Shown: positions 23,026 to 38,223, counted from the stretch's first letter. The stretch: DNA of 64,000 nucleotides from Camelus dromedarius (GCF_036321535.1 NC_087436.1:101744001-101808000), one strand, 5' to 3'. Numbers and translations: made by a program. Notes: generated by a model from the sequence alone, not told the origin.

Positions 23026-26000
23026 AAAATTAATGTGTGTGGCACTTATTTTAAGTAAATTTATTGGTAAGCTTGGAAACATATGTCAATGACAAATTAT
23101 GGAGGATGATGAAATAATCTCGGATTTAATGCAGAGGACATGTGAAACTGAAAGCTTTTGAATGAAAGACTGACATGATGAGTTGGGATTTATTGTTTTA
23201 ATGCTGTGATTCCTCAGCATTTGTAATCTTGATTGTTTCTCTGTTAAAAGTTTACAGACTTCACAGAGGATAAATGATAAAACAAAACACAGTTATCCTA
23301 AGGGAGCAAGCTGCTCCAAGATTGCTTTGTGAAGAGGGGTAGTATTTATTTTTGGTTCTCATTTTTAAAACTTCTTGTTACTTCCTTACATTTCCTTTAT
23401 TTCTTCCAATGATAACTTTTCAAAAATCCTTCTCTAAGGGTTAAGATGGTGTGAAATAGTCACTGACAATGAATTGTAATGGCTGTGTCTTACTCTGTCT
23501 TGAGTGATGTGTCTCTTTTTCAGTTTTTTAGGATATAACACATTAGAGTAAATGATTATTTTTTTGTGGTAAAATTTTAAATGTTTTGTTGGTAATGCAA
23601 TATTTTGGGGATCAGAAGAATTTACATTGTTACCATTAAAAGCAAGCTGCCTCAAAACTTTAACTATCAAAGTTGTAGTTTGTTTCTCTCCACTAAAACT
23701 TTGCAATTTGTGATTGGTATTTAACTTATATTTATCTTTTCTCTTGTTGAAAACTATAATAAAGGATTGTGATGTCGATCATTGTTTTTCCAACATATCA
23801 TAATAATAATTCTAAATAATTATACTGGTTAACTTATAATCAAAAACTACTACATTAATTATATCATATAACAATAAGAAAATCCCTTTTAGGAAGTTAT
23901 TATTCTTATTACTATTTATTCCTACATATTATTTATTACTTATGCAGTACAATCAGTTAATGAGAAAAATCTGTGGACCCATTGCTATGTGTACAGTACA
24001 TCTATAAATGACCCAATTGCTGAAGACTTTGATTCTACTTCCTGAGGATTATACTGTGACTACACTCCTTCCACCCCAGATGCATTTAAAAACTGACTTT
24101 GACATGCATTAATTTGTAATGCTCTATATAAACATCTGAAATTATAAAAACTCTGGTTTGTAAAGAGAAAATATCAAATGGAGTAAAACACAGTATATTG
24201 TCTCCAAGTGAATGAGTATGCTTACCAATGGATAAAGTTGCTATTTGAAAATACTGGCTCTGCTGAAAATAAAGTAAATCTTAACATATACTGAACTTAC
24301 GTAAATTCTTTAGAAAAGTCTAGTTGCTGAAAATAAAGCATAAAAATTTTATATTAACTTCATTGAGAATAGATTTATAAAATATCAATTAAGCTAGGAA
24401 TTTTAGTATATATACTGAATCATTTTAACTCCTACAAAAACATTTTCCTTCTGTCATGTCTTATACGTCATCATAGAACAAAATCTTCTCCTTGTTTGTC
24501 AAGTTTTATAATCTTTAATAGGCATATTTGTAGATTATAATGAATATAAAATTCCCACGTAACAACAGAAATCTCTTTTTAAACCTAAAACTCTACCTGT
24601 TTTTCTTTTCAGATAGTTCCTTCTATTTCTATAAATGTGACATATCAAATACACCTCCACAGAATGTGAAACATTATGTAACTTTCTGAATACACTAATG
24701 TATGTAATGTAATCTTTTAATGTTTTCATTCCTTCCTATAGCCAAAACACTAAGTTAATGAATTGAAATTCTTATAATTTATATATTTATTTGCTATTAC
24801 GTATAAATAGTTGTACATAACTTTTCTTCCTGAAATATTTTCGGCACATTAGATCACAGAGACTATGAAAATTGGCAGTAAGTCTAATTATTTTTACTTT
24901 AGCACTGTAAGAGACTTACATAGAGAGTCTGATTTCCATTTTCATAACACTGTCATTTATCAAATATCCGCCTTTACCCTTACCAGCCAAATCAGCTGTA
25001 ATTAACAATTCTTTCTTAGCCAAAAAGGATGCAATTGTAGACATCAGATTATACTTTTGGAGAGAAATACAGTAAAAAGGGAAAATAAAGACAAGACAGC
25101 TAACAAAAAAGTTAAAGGATCATCGCTATTGCACAAAACCATACAATGATGAAGTTGGTTAAAACATGCCAAGTTTTTGTCAACTTATTACCTTCAGGTG
25201 TGTATTAAAAGAGTTTTCTCTTCTCAATATTCAAGTTTCAATGAAATATAATAAAATATAACATATACACGCACATAACAGAAAACTGATAAAAATTGGA
25301 ATGTAAAATGTAAAGATTAAAAATATCTGTTTACTGACCTGGAATTGAACACAATTCACACCATCACAATATGCAGATTGACAACAATACTTATTATGTA
25401 ATCAAGAAATGAATAATCTCAATAAGAAATTCAATCAGGGAGTTGAATATTATTTCTGAATTAAAAATTCCTGTAAGAAAGAAGTAGACAGAAAACTTAT
25501 AATCTCATACTAGAAATCAAATAATAAATAAACAAATAAGAGCATTAAGATGTTGAGTATTCAACAAATGTATTATGATCATTTTGTTTTTGTTGCTTTT
25601 CAAATATAACATTTACTTCTCTTTGTATATCCTAGGGAGGAGACACACATAGAAATAAAGAAGGAAAAAAATGCAATCAAGATTGGCAAATAGGAAAGCC
25701 ATCTTCCTTGGTCTTCTCACTAAAAAATTATGAAATACTGTAGGGCAACTGACAAAAAATGAGAAATTTAGCAGCTTTTCTAGAAGTTATAAGAGAAGAA
25801 AAGCTGCCCCCCAAACCTACATTTTTGTGCTGAGTAAAAAATTAATTATACAACAGAAAATTGGGGAGAATGGATCTTCTAAACTCTGAGACATTCACAC
25901 AGTTGTACAAGAATAGAAGGTGGAGAATTTTAATGATAGTGTTAGTTTATGTAATCTTCAGGTTATAAGTGAAAATAAATGTTAAATATTTACAAGATGT

Positions 26001-26449
26001 CAATAGTCATGTTTACACCTATTATTTTCTCTACATGTTTTTGTGGGTCCTTTGGTCTTAGGATATAAATTCCTGAGGCTAATTTTATTGGATTAGGTCT
26101 ACTGTTTTAATATCTTTCTCTTGAAAAGGTAGACTGTAATATGTTTGAAGATGCATTATTCTGTTTGCTGCTGATTATTTTCAATGTTTTTTTTTTTCTT
26201 TACAGAATAATATTAGCCAGTTCTAATGGAGAGTATTAAATGGCTCCTATATTGTGATCACGGCTCATTTCCACTGTTGAACTTCACTTACATACACTCC
26301 AGTCAAGCAGATATATTAGCAGCTTACACATATTTTTAATATTTCTTGGTATTTGCTAAGCCTGTGCTTTTAGTCTGGAATGATTGATTTAAACATAATT
26401 AAACTTTATTTTTATTTATTTTTTGCCACAATTAACATCTCCTTCCTAG

Positions 26450-28420
26450 GAACTCTGAGATTTTTGATAATTCTTTTGAATTTTATACATAGATGATCAT
26501 ATCATCTGTAAACAAAGATTTTCAAGACTTCTTCACCAATCTATACATCTTTTAATTCCTTTTCTAGTCTTTTTGCATTAGCAGTAATTTCCAGTATGAT
26601 GCTAAAAAGAAATGGTGAGATGGGACATCTTGATTTCTACTTGAACTTAGTGGGAAAGCTTCCAGTTTCTCATTATTAAATATGTTAACTGTAAATTTTT
26701 TGTGTTAGTCTTCCTCAAGTTTAGGAACTTTCCTTCTATTTCTCGGTTATTGAGGGATTTTTATATGAATGATTGTTGGATTTTGTCAAATACTTTTTCT
26801 ACAGCTATAGATAGGCCATTTGGTTTTTTTTTTAGCTTGTTGGTATGATGGATTACATTTATTGATTTTCAAATTTTCAACCAGACTCTCATATCTTGAA
26901 TAAATTTCACTTGGTCATGGCATATAATTCTGTTCATTTATTGTTGGATTCTATTTGTTGATAATTTGTTGAGGATTTTTCACCTACATTCATGAGAGAT
27001 ATTGGCCAGTAGTCTTACTTTCTTATAACGTCTTTGTCTGGTTCTAGTATTAGGGTAATGCTGGTTTCATAGAACGAGTTAGTAAATATTCTCTCTGCTT
27101 CTATCCTTTGAAAGAGATTGTAGAAAATTGTTATAATTTTTTCCTTACCTGTTTGGTAGAATTTACTAGTGAGCCATCTAAGTCTGGTGCTTTCTGTTTT
27201 AGAAGGTTATATTTCATCTGTATCATCAAATGTGTGGGCATCAAGTTATTCATAGTATTTCTTTATTTTAATGTCTGTAGGATCTAATGATGTTCCTTTT
27301 TTATTCTGATATTAGTAAGTTGTGTAACTTTCTTTTTTCATTGTTTCCTGGCTAGAGGTACATAGATTTCATTGATATTTTTAATAAAACAACTTTCGGT
27401 TTCATTGGTTTTCTCTAGTGATTTTCTGTTTTTACTCTTATTGATTTGTTTTAATACTTATTTATTTTATTCTACTTAATTTGGACTTAATTTGCTCTTC
27501 TCTTTTGAAGTTTTCTAATGTGGAAACTTAGGTTACTGATTTTAGATATTTCTTCTCTTCTAATGTATGCATTTAATACTAAAAGTTTCCCTCTAAGTAT
27601 TGCTTTTATAAGATCACACAAATTTTGGTAAGTTGTATTTTCATTTTCATTTAGTTAAAAATGTTTTTAAATTCTCTTGAGATTTGTTTTGACTCATGTA
27701 TTATTTAAATATATATATTGTCTAAACTCCATGTGATTTGGGATTTTTCAGTTATCTTTCTGTTATTCGGTTCTAGTTTAATTCCATTAAAGTCTCAGAG
27801 AATACACTTTATGATTTCTATTATTTTACCTTTGTTAAAGTGTGTCTTAGGGCCCAAAATGTGTTCTATCTTCATGAATGTTCCATGTGAACTGAGAGAA
27901 TTGTGCATTCTGCTGTTGTTGGATGAAGCCACTTAAAGATGTCAGTTACATACAGTTGACTGATGGCGCTGTTGGTTCAGTTATGTCCTTTCTCATTTTC
28001 TGTCTGCTGGACTTGTCCATTTCTATTAGAAGGGTGTTGCAGTCTCCAAATATGGTGGTAGATTCATTGATCTCCTTGAAACTGTATCAGTTTTTGCCTC
28101 AGATAGTTTAATGCTCTATTAGCACGTACAGATTCAGGATTGTTATGTGTTTTTGGAGAATTGACCCCTTTATCATTATGTATCATTATGTAATTACCTT
28201 TATCCCTGATAGCTTTTCTCACTATGAAGACTGCACTGTTTGAAATTAATATATTCTGCTTGCTTCTTACTAGGATTAGCATGGAACATATTTCTCCATC
28301 TATTTACATTTCATCTATATATATGTCTTTACATTTAAACTAAGCTTTTTGTAACAACATGTAGTTGGTTCTTGTTTTTTGATCCGATCTGACAAGTTCT
28401 GTCTTAATTGATGAATTTAG
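26450..28420 (-). mobile_element. Old L1 ORF2 fragment (endonuclease to RT)
   Basis: Antisense RT motif 'gatcatatcatctgtaaac' (F.DDMI); ORF 28064-28282 RDKGNYIM...ANRALNYLRQKL resembles the L1 endonuclease; many stops. Confidence 0.9.
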
Positions 28421-29038
28421 GAATTACATATATTTTGAGTGAAATAATATTTTCTATTCCAGATATTTGGAAAGGTAGTTAAATGATATTTCATTTCTCA
28501 AGGCTTTTTATATTTAATAATGTTGCTTTTAATTCTCCCAGATATGACTCTCAATTTCCATACAGTCACTTTTTGTTAATGTCTAATTATTCTTCCATAA
28601 TTCATTTAGAGACTTTTAATTCACATGTTACATTTCAATCATATCATATCCAGGCTGCCTGGGCTTGATTTAAAATAAACTCATTATGTGAAATGACAGT
28701 AAAAATCAGCAAAATAAAATGTCATTGCAAATTGCCTTATACATTTATAGCCAAAGATGATAAAATTATTGTAGGATCTTTATGATCAGTTTGAAAATCA
28801 CTAGCCAAGTTTCTGTCAATCTCCAATTTAACGTTACTAAAGAAACAAACACCAGATAATGAACAATGAATTTAAATGAATTAAAAATTACATTCAGTTA
28901 TGTGTTTAAAAGTGGCAAAATATATAATAAAAACAGAACAAAACTTAATTATTAGATAAATGGAATTATCATGATTTGAACTATTTTTGAGAGACATAAG
29001 TACTTACATTTTTTTTCTGTCCCAAATAAGTAGGTAAG

Positions 29039-29128
29039 TGCTATAAAGTAACTGTTTGTGTCCTCCCCAAATTCATATGTTAAAATCCTACCCATCATGG
29101 TGATGGTATTAGGAGATGGGGGCACTTG
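29039..29128 (+). mobile_element. MLT1A/B LTR 5' fragment
   Basis: 'tgtttgtgtcctccccaaattcatatgttaaaatccta...gtgatggtattaggagatggggg'. Confidence 0.65.
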
Positions 29129-29619
29129 TTGGGAGTCAGAACCGTTTGCTCCTGACCCTACAGCTCAGAATGCCTATATGACAAGGACAAGAAGTAAAAT
29201 TGTGTACGAGGATTGAAGGGGATGGATTTGGCAAAATTTAAGTCTTGATGTTTACTCGAAAATAGGGGACAAGGAAAGATACTAATAAAATGAATACAAA
29301 TGCAATAATAGACAAAATAATATTCATGGAGCACTAACCATAGGCTGGCATTGAACACAAAGTGTCTATTCTAAGGAGACCACCACCATCTATTTCAGTA
29401 GGCAACCGTTAGAAAAATGAAGGATGGTGTGTGCCCTGAGAGCCCTGAGTGCGTGGCCAATTCCTACTTCTCTCCCAGAGATTCTTGTGCTCCTTCTAAT
29501 TATCTTTATCCAGAAGGCAATTAAAAAAAATACACCACTTACTTGGAACAGTCCAAAAACTTACCTGTTACACTTGGGAAAATATAAAATTTAATACACA
29601 AAGTCTTAATTACCTAATG

Positions 29620-29900
29620 CTTACTTGCCTCTAAAGCCTCATTTCTTGATCTTTTTGCTACAAGTTTCACTTTCTTCCAGTCCTCAAATATGTCTTCCTT
29701 CCCATTCCCAACTGATTGTAACTCTTTCTAGAATTTTCTGCACAAGCAGCATGAAACTTGTCATTTGTCAAACACTGTTTCTTAGTGAAGCCTTCCTTAA
29801 CTCCCCATATTGCGTCATCTCTAAACATTGCCCCCACCCTAATGTCCATAAGTTACATAGATTGCTTTTTTCTTTTCTCATAAAGTTTAAAACCTGATGT
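29620..29900 (+). mobile_element. L2 fragment
   Basis: Pyrimidine-rich 'ctttctagaatttt...tcaaacactgtttcttagtgaagccttccttaactccc'. Confidence 0.4.
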
Positions 29901-30619
29901 AGAAGACATTTATCAACTAATAATCACAGAACTAAATACACATTTAAATATGATAGATAGTATACAGGGGAATTTCCCTGTGCTTTAAGTGCAAGTGAAA
30001 ATAAAATATTGAAGTTTAGTTCAAAGTAAACTCAAAGTGAAAAACAAACAAATAACAACAACAAAAAACAACTGTATTCCTTACTTGTAACAACAAGCTT
30101 GGAAACCAAGGTGACATGAGTTGGTGGCAAAAGCACCTCTGCATGTGGTTTGTTACAGAAAAGCAAAGGTGAAAATGTTTCTCAACGTTCATTGCCACTG
30201 TATTTATATGATGTGATTTTTGCATGTGTGATATGTCTTCCTCTGTTCTTTAAAACCTGGTGTCTCTGAGTTACCTAAGACAATAAAATTTTTGTTTGTT
30301 TGTTTTGTGAAAGCACTACTCTGGTCTTTCCTTGAGTTTCTCCCACTATAAAGCTGTAAGGAGCAAGTTCAGGAAAATCCAGTTTCTAGAATTATCTAAA
30401 AAAATAAATAAGTAGTACATCATCTACAAAAACAATCCTCAAATACAAATGGAATGGCTCAAATTAAAATATGAAGAAACAGATGAGATAAAACTTCCTT
30501 GGCAAGAACATCACAGGGAAAAAAGGAAAGAAAAAATAAAACCAACTATAGATATGCATATATTGGAAGGTTGAGGTTAACTATTTCATTTTAAGTCACA
30601 TTTTCCATTTTAATAGTTT

Positions 30620-33240
30620 TTTAATGCTTTTTAGTGTCTGGCCCAGATGATTTTATAGAAGAATTATACCACAATTTAACAGAAAATCATCCTAACTCTA
30701 TTTGAAGTACCTGAAATAAAATATATGAAACATTAATTAATATTATTTTAAACTTACACAAAATTTAAAAATTTTGAATGAACACAAAACTATTGGGAGA
30801 TGTCATTTATTAATATTAGTGCAGGATTTAAAGTAAAATATTAGCAAACAGAATCAATTAAAAGCACACAGCCATTAAGCTTATTGGACTGATATTTCAA
30901 AATGAGGAAATCTATTGATAAAATTTACAATGTCCCTTAAATTATTAGATGTAGATGATGAAAACATGATAATTACCATAGTTGCTGAGAATGGCACTTT
31001 TAAAATTCAAACTTCACTTAACTTAGGAAAATAAAATATAGTTATTTTAGTATAAGCCAGAATTATGTTTAATTGAAAAATACTAGAAAAGTCTCCACTA
31101 AAGCTGGGAAAGAGGAACATGAAAGCCCCTATAATTTCTATTATTTACATCTAAACTAAGACATCCTAATCAAGGCAGTGGAAGAGAAGAAATCCATTAA
31201 AAGTAAACAATGGGAAGAAAGTAAAATAATCACTATTTTCAGATGCTATGGTTTTGTACCTGGAAAATCCAACTGCATAAATTGGAAACCCACTTCAAGT
31301 AAGAGATTGCAGCTATACTGCAAGGGCACAAAAATTAATATGCAAAATCTCATAATTTTGTATTTCAAAACACTAACCGATCAGAAGAGATAACGGGAGA
31401 AAAAATCTTGTTTGTATGAAGAACCCCCCAAAATATAAATTGCTTTAGAGTAAACTTATTTGGAAGTATGTTGGCTCCATATTTAAAGGATATATGTTCT
31501 GGACAAACCAAGAACATGTTTGAATAAAGTGAAGCAAATATTAAGTTCCTGTGTAGTACTATTTAATATCATAAAAATATCACTGTCCCATAAATCAATC
31601 TGCATATCTATCTCATTAATATGATCCCTTTAATATAGTAGCATTTTAACTGAACAAGTAATAGCATAATTCCTGTGGAATAATTGATAATCATAGAGCT
31701 ATCGGTTGAGTGGTGTTTGCCTGACATTATTTGAGTCCCTTAAATATAAACATTATCTTGTAAGGTAAGTAATATTATTTTCTCATTTTTTTAGCTGATA
31801 AAACTGATTAAGGAACTTGCTAATGACCACAGAAATGCAGGAAACCAACTTTGACGTGAGACACTGGATATGGAGTCAACACCCTAAGAAAACATGCTGC
31901 AAAAATAGCCAAAAAACGTAATAAGAATAATAATGGGAGACTTGTTCTACCAGAAGCAAAGTGCATCTTAAAGTTTTAATAATTACAATAATAAAATATT
32001 GGCATATGCCAGGCAAATGAATAATTGATTTATAGATATAAAAATAGTCATAAATATTAAATATATGCTAGTAATGACATCTCAGTTCAGTGAGAGAAAG
32101 ACAAGTATTCAACATTTGTTTTTTTTTTATAATTCAGTAACTTTCTGGAAATGAAATCTAATTGGATTCATAACCCAAATATCACATTAACGTGATTTTC
32201 AAATGTTACAAAGATTAAAGATAAAAAAGCAACAAAATATTTTAAAATGATATGTTATTATTATTTTACAATATCAGAATGCTGAAAGTCTTTCTAACCT
32301 TCAAAATTCATAAGATACAATGGAAAAGCTGATATCTATTCAACTACCTACAAATTAAAGACAATGGGAAGGACATAAAATACCATAAGCAAAATTTAAA
32401 GGTAAAATTACAAACTGAGAAATATTTAAATATTTATATAATAAAAACTAACTCTCCCAATACATAAATAGCTCCTACAAATTAAATAAAATAGCTCAAT
32501 AGAAAAATTGGCAAAGGATATTAAAAGGCACATCATAGAGATTCTCAAGTATATGAAAATTTACTCACCATCATTTTAAAATAAAAAGAATATTAAAAAA
32601 GCACATTTCAACCTATCAGATTGGCAAACAGATAAATATCTGATTAAACTCTGTACTAACAGGTCTACTCATTTATGACTGATGGGACCATGTCTCCTAT
32701 ATGGACAGCAATTTGGGCATATCTATTAAACTAAAAATTCACAAACTATTGTGTCTCACAATTAAAATTCTGGAAATTTCATAACATATATAATTGAACA
32801 TATTTAAAATACCGTTTGTACAATTTTCTCAATGCATCATTGTCTATACTTATTGGAAATTATTGGAAGAAACACAAACGTCCATCAACAGAGAATTGTA
32901 TAAATAAATCATGGTAAATCTCTATAATGGAATACTACAAAGATTGAAAAAAAGGAGAAGCAGCACTTATGTGCTGTAATGGGAAGGTTGCCAAGATAAA
33001 TTGCTAAATGCAAAAATCGAAGTTTAGAACAATGTGTATAGTAGCGTCCTCTCTCTGTATAAATCCAAGGAGTTAGAAGATAAATGTATCTTTGTATTCG
33101 ATTGTGTACATTTTAAGACATCTTTTAGAAGAGCATTAAAATTTAATTCAAATTACACAAAATTATAAAGAGTGTTTATTCTTTTCTACTGTAAGTCATG
33201 GGGTGAACTGGGTGAATGAGTTCAGTGATGGGAGACAAGT
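30620..33240 (+). mobile_element. Ancient L1 (L1ME-like) ORF2 RT to 3' UTR, with MIR insertion
   Basis: 'ggcccagatgattttatagaagaattatacc' (GPDGF..EFY), 'tcactattttcagatgctatggttttgtacctggaaaatcc' (SLFADDMI.YLENP), 'gggagacttgttctaccaga', 'tccatcaacagagaat...aatggaatactac'. Confidence 0.8.
31680..31900 (-). mobile_element. MIR SINE nested in L1
   Basis: 'cttgtaaggtaagtaatattattttctcatttt...gataaaactgattaaggaacttgctaatgaccacag'. Confidence 0.6.
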
Positions 33241-34167
33241 ATTTTTTCAAACACATTTAGTTTACATGATGGAGTGAAAATATCCCAATTTTATATTAGT
33301 TTATCCAATTGAAAGCAATATAGGTAAAATGATGATCAGTAAATAACTGTAAGTAAAATAATGATCTTGCAGAAAAGAAGAATGGAATATGTGGTGGGAA
33401 ATAAAATTAAAAACTGTACAGGAGAAAAAATTTTTCCAGAACTGTTTTGTGATACAGCATTCACATTAAAGCAGAGGTTAATTCCTTTTGACTAGTTTTT
33501 ATCAATGTATATTGCCTTTTTTCTTCCTTAATATGATAAAATAGAAATGTTTTATCACTATATAATCATGTTATAAACTGTGATTTTGATAAGGATCAAG
33601 TTTTCATTGTGTAGTTTAGGAAAATGGAAGGTTGAGGGAGAGGCCAAGTTACACGTAATCTAAAATAAGAAAATAGACAAAAGGATAAAGCAGAATTTAA
33701 AAGTACAAGGCATGTAGATTTCCCTTTTATTTCTGTCTGATAAGAGGACCAAAATATATAATGAAAAGAGACACATTGTAGAATGTACACTGAGAATTAC
33801 AGTGTTGGTCTAATTAAATTAGTCACAGTGAAATTCAGATGGCTTCTCTTTTCTGAAACGTAAAATAATGAGGTAGTAAATAAGTGACAAGATTTGTCCC
33901 CTCTTCAAGAGAGTATTTAGTTTTCTATTTTCAAGTGACAGTGCATGTCAAAATAAGAGGCATAAGGAAAGTATATGATAAAAGTTTTGAAAAAGAGTAT
34001 GCTTATTTATACCTATTATATGTTATATTACTGATTGTGTAGAGTAAATAAACAAATGTTTCCAAATTACTTATATGACAAATTTACAATCTATTCTCTC
34101 ATTGCATTCCCGATTTTAAATATTGGGTTCTAGTGACCCCATAAATCACCAAATGTTTCAAAAATAA

Positions 34168-34170
<3 letters not shown>

Positions 34171-34213
<43 letters not shown>
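34171..34213. repeat. (AT)21 microsatellite
   Basis: Read directly. Confidence 0.98.
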
Positions 34214-34218
<5 letters not shown>

Positions 34219-37200
34219 AAGGAATGGTCCAAATGCTATTTGGGTTTGGGATTAAACTAATCATAGCTCTGTGAGTTTGTGTGCATGTGTATGTGTGTTT
34301 TACCTATTTCACCTGAAGAATAAAGAGGTTTTCATTATTTTACCCATTTTTTTGTAAATAAGAATTGTCAATTAATTATATTGTATGTATTTTTAAAGGA
34401 CTATGTCGTTGATATGAGAGGTTTGAGGTGCAAAAAAATAACAATGTTTTTTCATTCATCCAAGGTGACCCAGGAACTTAACGAGTGTTACCTACTACCC
34501 ATCCCTGGACAGGGAGGGAGGCTGGGGAGCCAAGCTGAGAACTCAGAATCAGCAGAAGGGATCATGAAATACAAGATTAGGAGCCCAGTGTTTTCGAAGG
34601 TGATTTTTTTTGTTACTTATCACAGCATCCTGGGAGCGAGCATTCTGTCATTAGAATGGACTTTCGACAAAGAGAATGTGTGTGTATTGGTTAACAAGGA
34701 ACACGAAGAAATGTATGAGATGTCACACATGTAATTTTATTATTAGAACTGAATAACTACTTTAAGTGGTGTAATTTAGAAAGGTGAGTACCAAAAGGGA
34801 GCACTCTCAGTTAGCATGTGTCCAAGAGACATGATCTGACCAGTGCAAGGCTGAGGCTTAGGTGAGAAAGAAAATATGGAATCGGGGCAAAGGAGAGTGT
34901 GTTATGGGTCAGAGTCTAAAAAGGAAAACTGTCCCGGATTCTCTTATTGGAGGGTTTCAGCCAAGTATTTCTAAGAGAAAGGTGGTCACATTTACCTATA
35001 TGAATTTATTTTGTAATACCTCAGAAACTTATATTTAAAGTTATTGTTAGTAAATTAACTGCATATGGCTTGTTTTTAGAAAAGTTGTTTTTAATTGTTA
35101 ACAATTCTTTAATTCATTGACATCATTGGACATACTAATAGGCTACAAACATAGGGTTTAGCACTAGAAAATGAGAGACTAAATAAGATGTCATACTTGC
35201 TTTTGAGTACCTCAACTACAGTTTAATGAATTCTAGAATTAAAACAACTTTTTCAGTATTACTATTAGGTTGCAGTATTTGAAATGGCTCTTTGGGTAGA
35301 GGAGGTAAAATTCTCTTGTATTATCTGAATTTTATGCTATAACATTTTAAGAGGAAATGGGAGTACATCTTGAAATAATCTTCACTGAATATATAACTGG
35401 ATGTACGTTACAGCATACACACTTCTGATACTATTCTCAGAGTAGACTATTTTGACATTTATATGATGGGTATAACCTAATATCTTGTATAGAGAAGCAT
35501 TAGTAAACTAACAAATAAATACATATTTATTTAATTTGATCAATTTTATCTTTTAAAATATATTATTTTTATTGCATGCTATAACTAATCCAAACAGATG
35601 AATGCAATGCTTGCTATGGTCCATTTGCTGTCCTAATACTATGTAGATAAGGTTGAAAAAAAAGTAAAATATTTATAATGACTTTTGGAACTTCCATAAT
35701 ATTAAATGAGCTGAAACAATTGTCTTGACAGTGCTGAGCATGGATTCTCAAACTGTCACTTAGCTGGAGTTAAGTAGTCCCTGTTTTCTTTAGATGACTT
35801 TCCAGTGTGACACTGTGACTATCATTACTCAAGTCTGGTTTTATTATTTACAACACTTGTTTTTTCCCTGTGGGCACTCAGATTGCAATCCCTAAAATAA
35901 AATATGTCCTTAACCACTGATAATCCAAGGAAGAATGGTGTTCACTAAGAAAAGTTTATGCAAACCATGTTGGGCGTGTAGGTGAGTCCTTCCGGGTGCT
36001 ACGCCAGGATAGGTTTGATTGAGAACATTGTACACGTGTATAGTGAATTGCCTTGCATTGTAATAAAAATAAAACCTTGATATCCTCACACTTTTGGCAA
36101 AACATTACCCAAATTATCAACTGGGTATTAGTCAATTATTAATCAAGAAATAGTCCTGCCAGCCACTTTGAGCTCAGAAATAAGACCAAACAACTATCCA
36201 TCCTGCTCTCATGGACTCATGAAGCTTACCAGTTTCTCAGAGAACATGTATATTAAGTGAGTAATTCCCCGTGGGAGAGAAATAACAAAAGCGAAATAAG
36301 GTAGTGCTGTGATATGGTCATGCTCCATTTGGAAGTGGCATTTAAACAAGTCTTTCAATTACATTTTATAGTCACTGGAAATAGGAAATTCATAAATACA
36401 CTCAAAAGAGCTGAAACCATTATCTCAAATGCTTCAAGGTGGAGCTTTAATAAACATCTTGGAAAAATATCAGTATCATTCTGAGTCCTGTTCAAATCCT
36501 GATAATCTGCTAAATTTATTTGCACAATAAAATTAAGCATGTAGATAATAAAATTATTCATTCCTGGATCTTTTCTCCTAAAATGAGGAATTTGAAAGTA
36601 ACCATTTCTGTGTTCCTTTTTGGTTAGATGTTTATCCCTCTAGGATCTCACACTCCTCATCGATCGCTGTTTAACTTTTTCCTTCTAAGCAGTCACTCTA
36701 AAAGTCAGCTAAAATTTTACTGCTCCTTAGAATCTTGGCTCCCTCTGCAACAACCTTCCGTGACATAAAATTTCCTACAACCGAGTCTCAGGAGCGACTA
36801 TTATTTTCACAAGCTGATGTACAAGGTACTGGAAAACAGCTGAAAATATCATGATTGCACTGATGTTAAGTAACAATGGCAGAAAATACAGTTTACTATA
36901 TCATAGTTCTGAAAGCAACAGAATCTTTCCTCTTGGTATTTTATCAATGACAGATTTTTGTCTCCATTTATCTTCTTTTTATACTTGGGCTCTTGGGATA
37001 ATATAGGAGGGTTGGGATAATTTTATTTAATGTTGGATAAGTTGTACAAATAATTATAAATTAGGTAAATAATAACAATGGTCATGCCTTAGTGTCAACA
37101 TAGCTTTGTCTCAAAAATATGTCCTTGCTTCTAATGAGAATGTGTGACACGAGGAACATTTCTGTTCTTAATTCCAAAGCTTCCCAGCATCACGTTTTTA

Positions 37201-37384
37201 TGGCTTCAATTACAGTACCACAGAGAAATTAATTATAGAAAGTGTTTTTCCCTCTCCTTCATGTTCACACACATGCACACACACTTGTATCCATTGCATC
37301 ACTTATCACAAGAATATATTAATGTGGGTACTGTTAAACTATAAACTCTGTGTATTTTGAAAACATCAAATAAGAGGTGCACTC

Positions 37385-37610
37385 AGCATTATAGTTGGAG
37401 AATGCTGCCTGGGAGAATCTACTGACCTCCCAGGCACATATTTTTTCAAATCCTGGCTCTAATAATGAACTTTTAAAACCAGGTATTTCTGTTTATCAGG
37501 TCCTCAGATTTAACAGCTCTCAGCTACACCAATTTTCTTTTGTAAAGGAGACAAATAGTATACCTCAATAAAGCTGAAAATAAAAACCAATGGATCAAGC
37601 TAAAATAGAA
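37385..37610 (+). mobile_element. Degraded MIR
   Basis: 'ttcaaatcctggctcta...tttcttttgtaaaggagacaaatagtatacctc'. Confidence 0.4.
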
Positions 37611-38223
37611 ATCCATTAAAAATGAGGAACAATACCACTGTTCAATGAACTAAATATAAAACTACCACATTCTTAGTCATAGACAAGTTAACTGGGAATA
37701 GAAATTGCCTAAAAGATGCTTGATGAATGAGAAATAAACCAAGCATTTTTGCATAATTAGAATACTTAAAGACGTCAGATTTTGATAATCTGGCATGTTC
37801 ATGTACATAGGCATAATTTTCCATTAGAACAACTGGATACCTTGTCCTAAAGTGTTCAACACTTCCCTGCACGGTGTCAAGATAAGTATTCCCAATGTTT
37901 GCCTCTGTCCTTTGCTCTCTGTATATCCATTGTCAGTCTACAACCTTTTATCAGCCTGGTCTTTCTTTAGCATTTTGTACCTGTATTATGGTTACAAACA
38001 TTTTTGGTGTCCTGGTAACCATTTTGTCTCTTTGAGGTGATTCTGCACGTTTGAGCTCATGTTAATGAATAGTTGATTTCATAAATCTCTCATAGGACAA
38101 TCTTATTTCTCTCAGTTTATAAATATACTTAAGTACCTGAATTTGGCTTCAAGAACTGCCTAAAATCATTATATTGTTTGGCTTTGAGTCTTTCTTTTCT
38201 TTCAGTAATGATTACCTGATCTT

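Noticed and set aside
23105..23175. C/D-box snoRNA-like ATGATGA...CTGA
   Set aside because: No terminal stem or recognisable rRNA/snRNA guide, and these motifs are common by chance.
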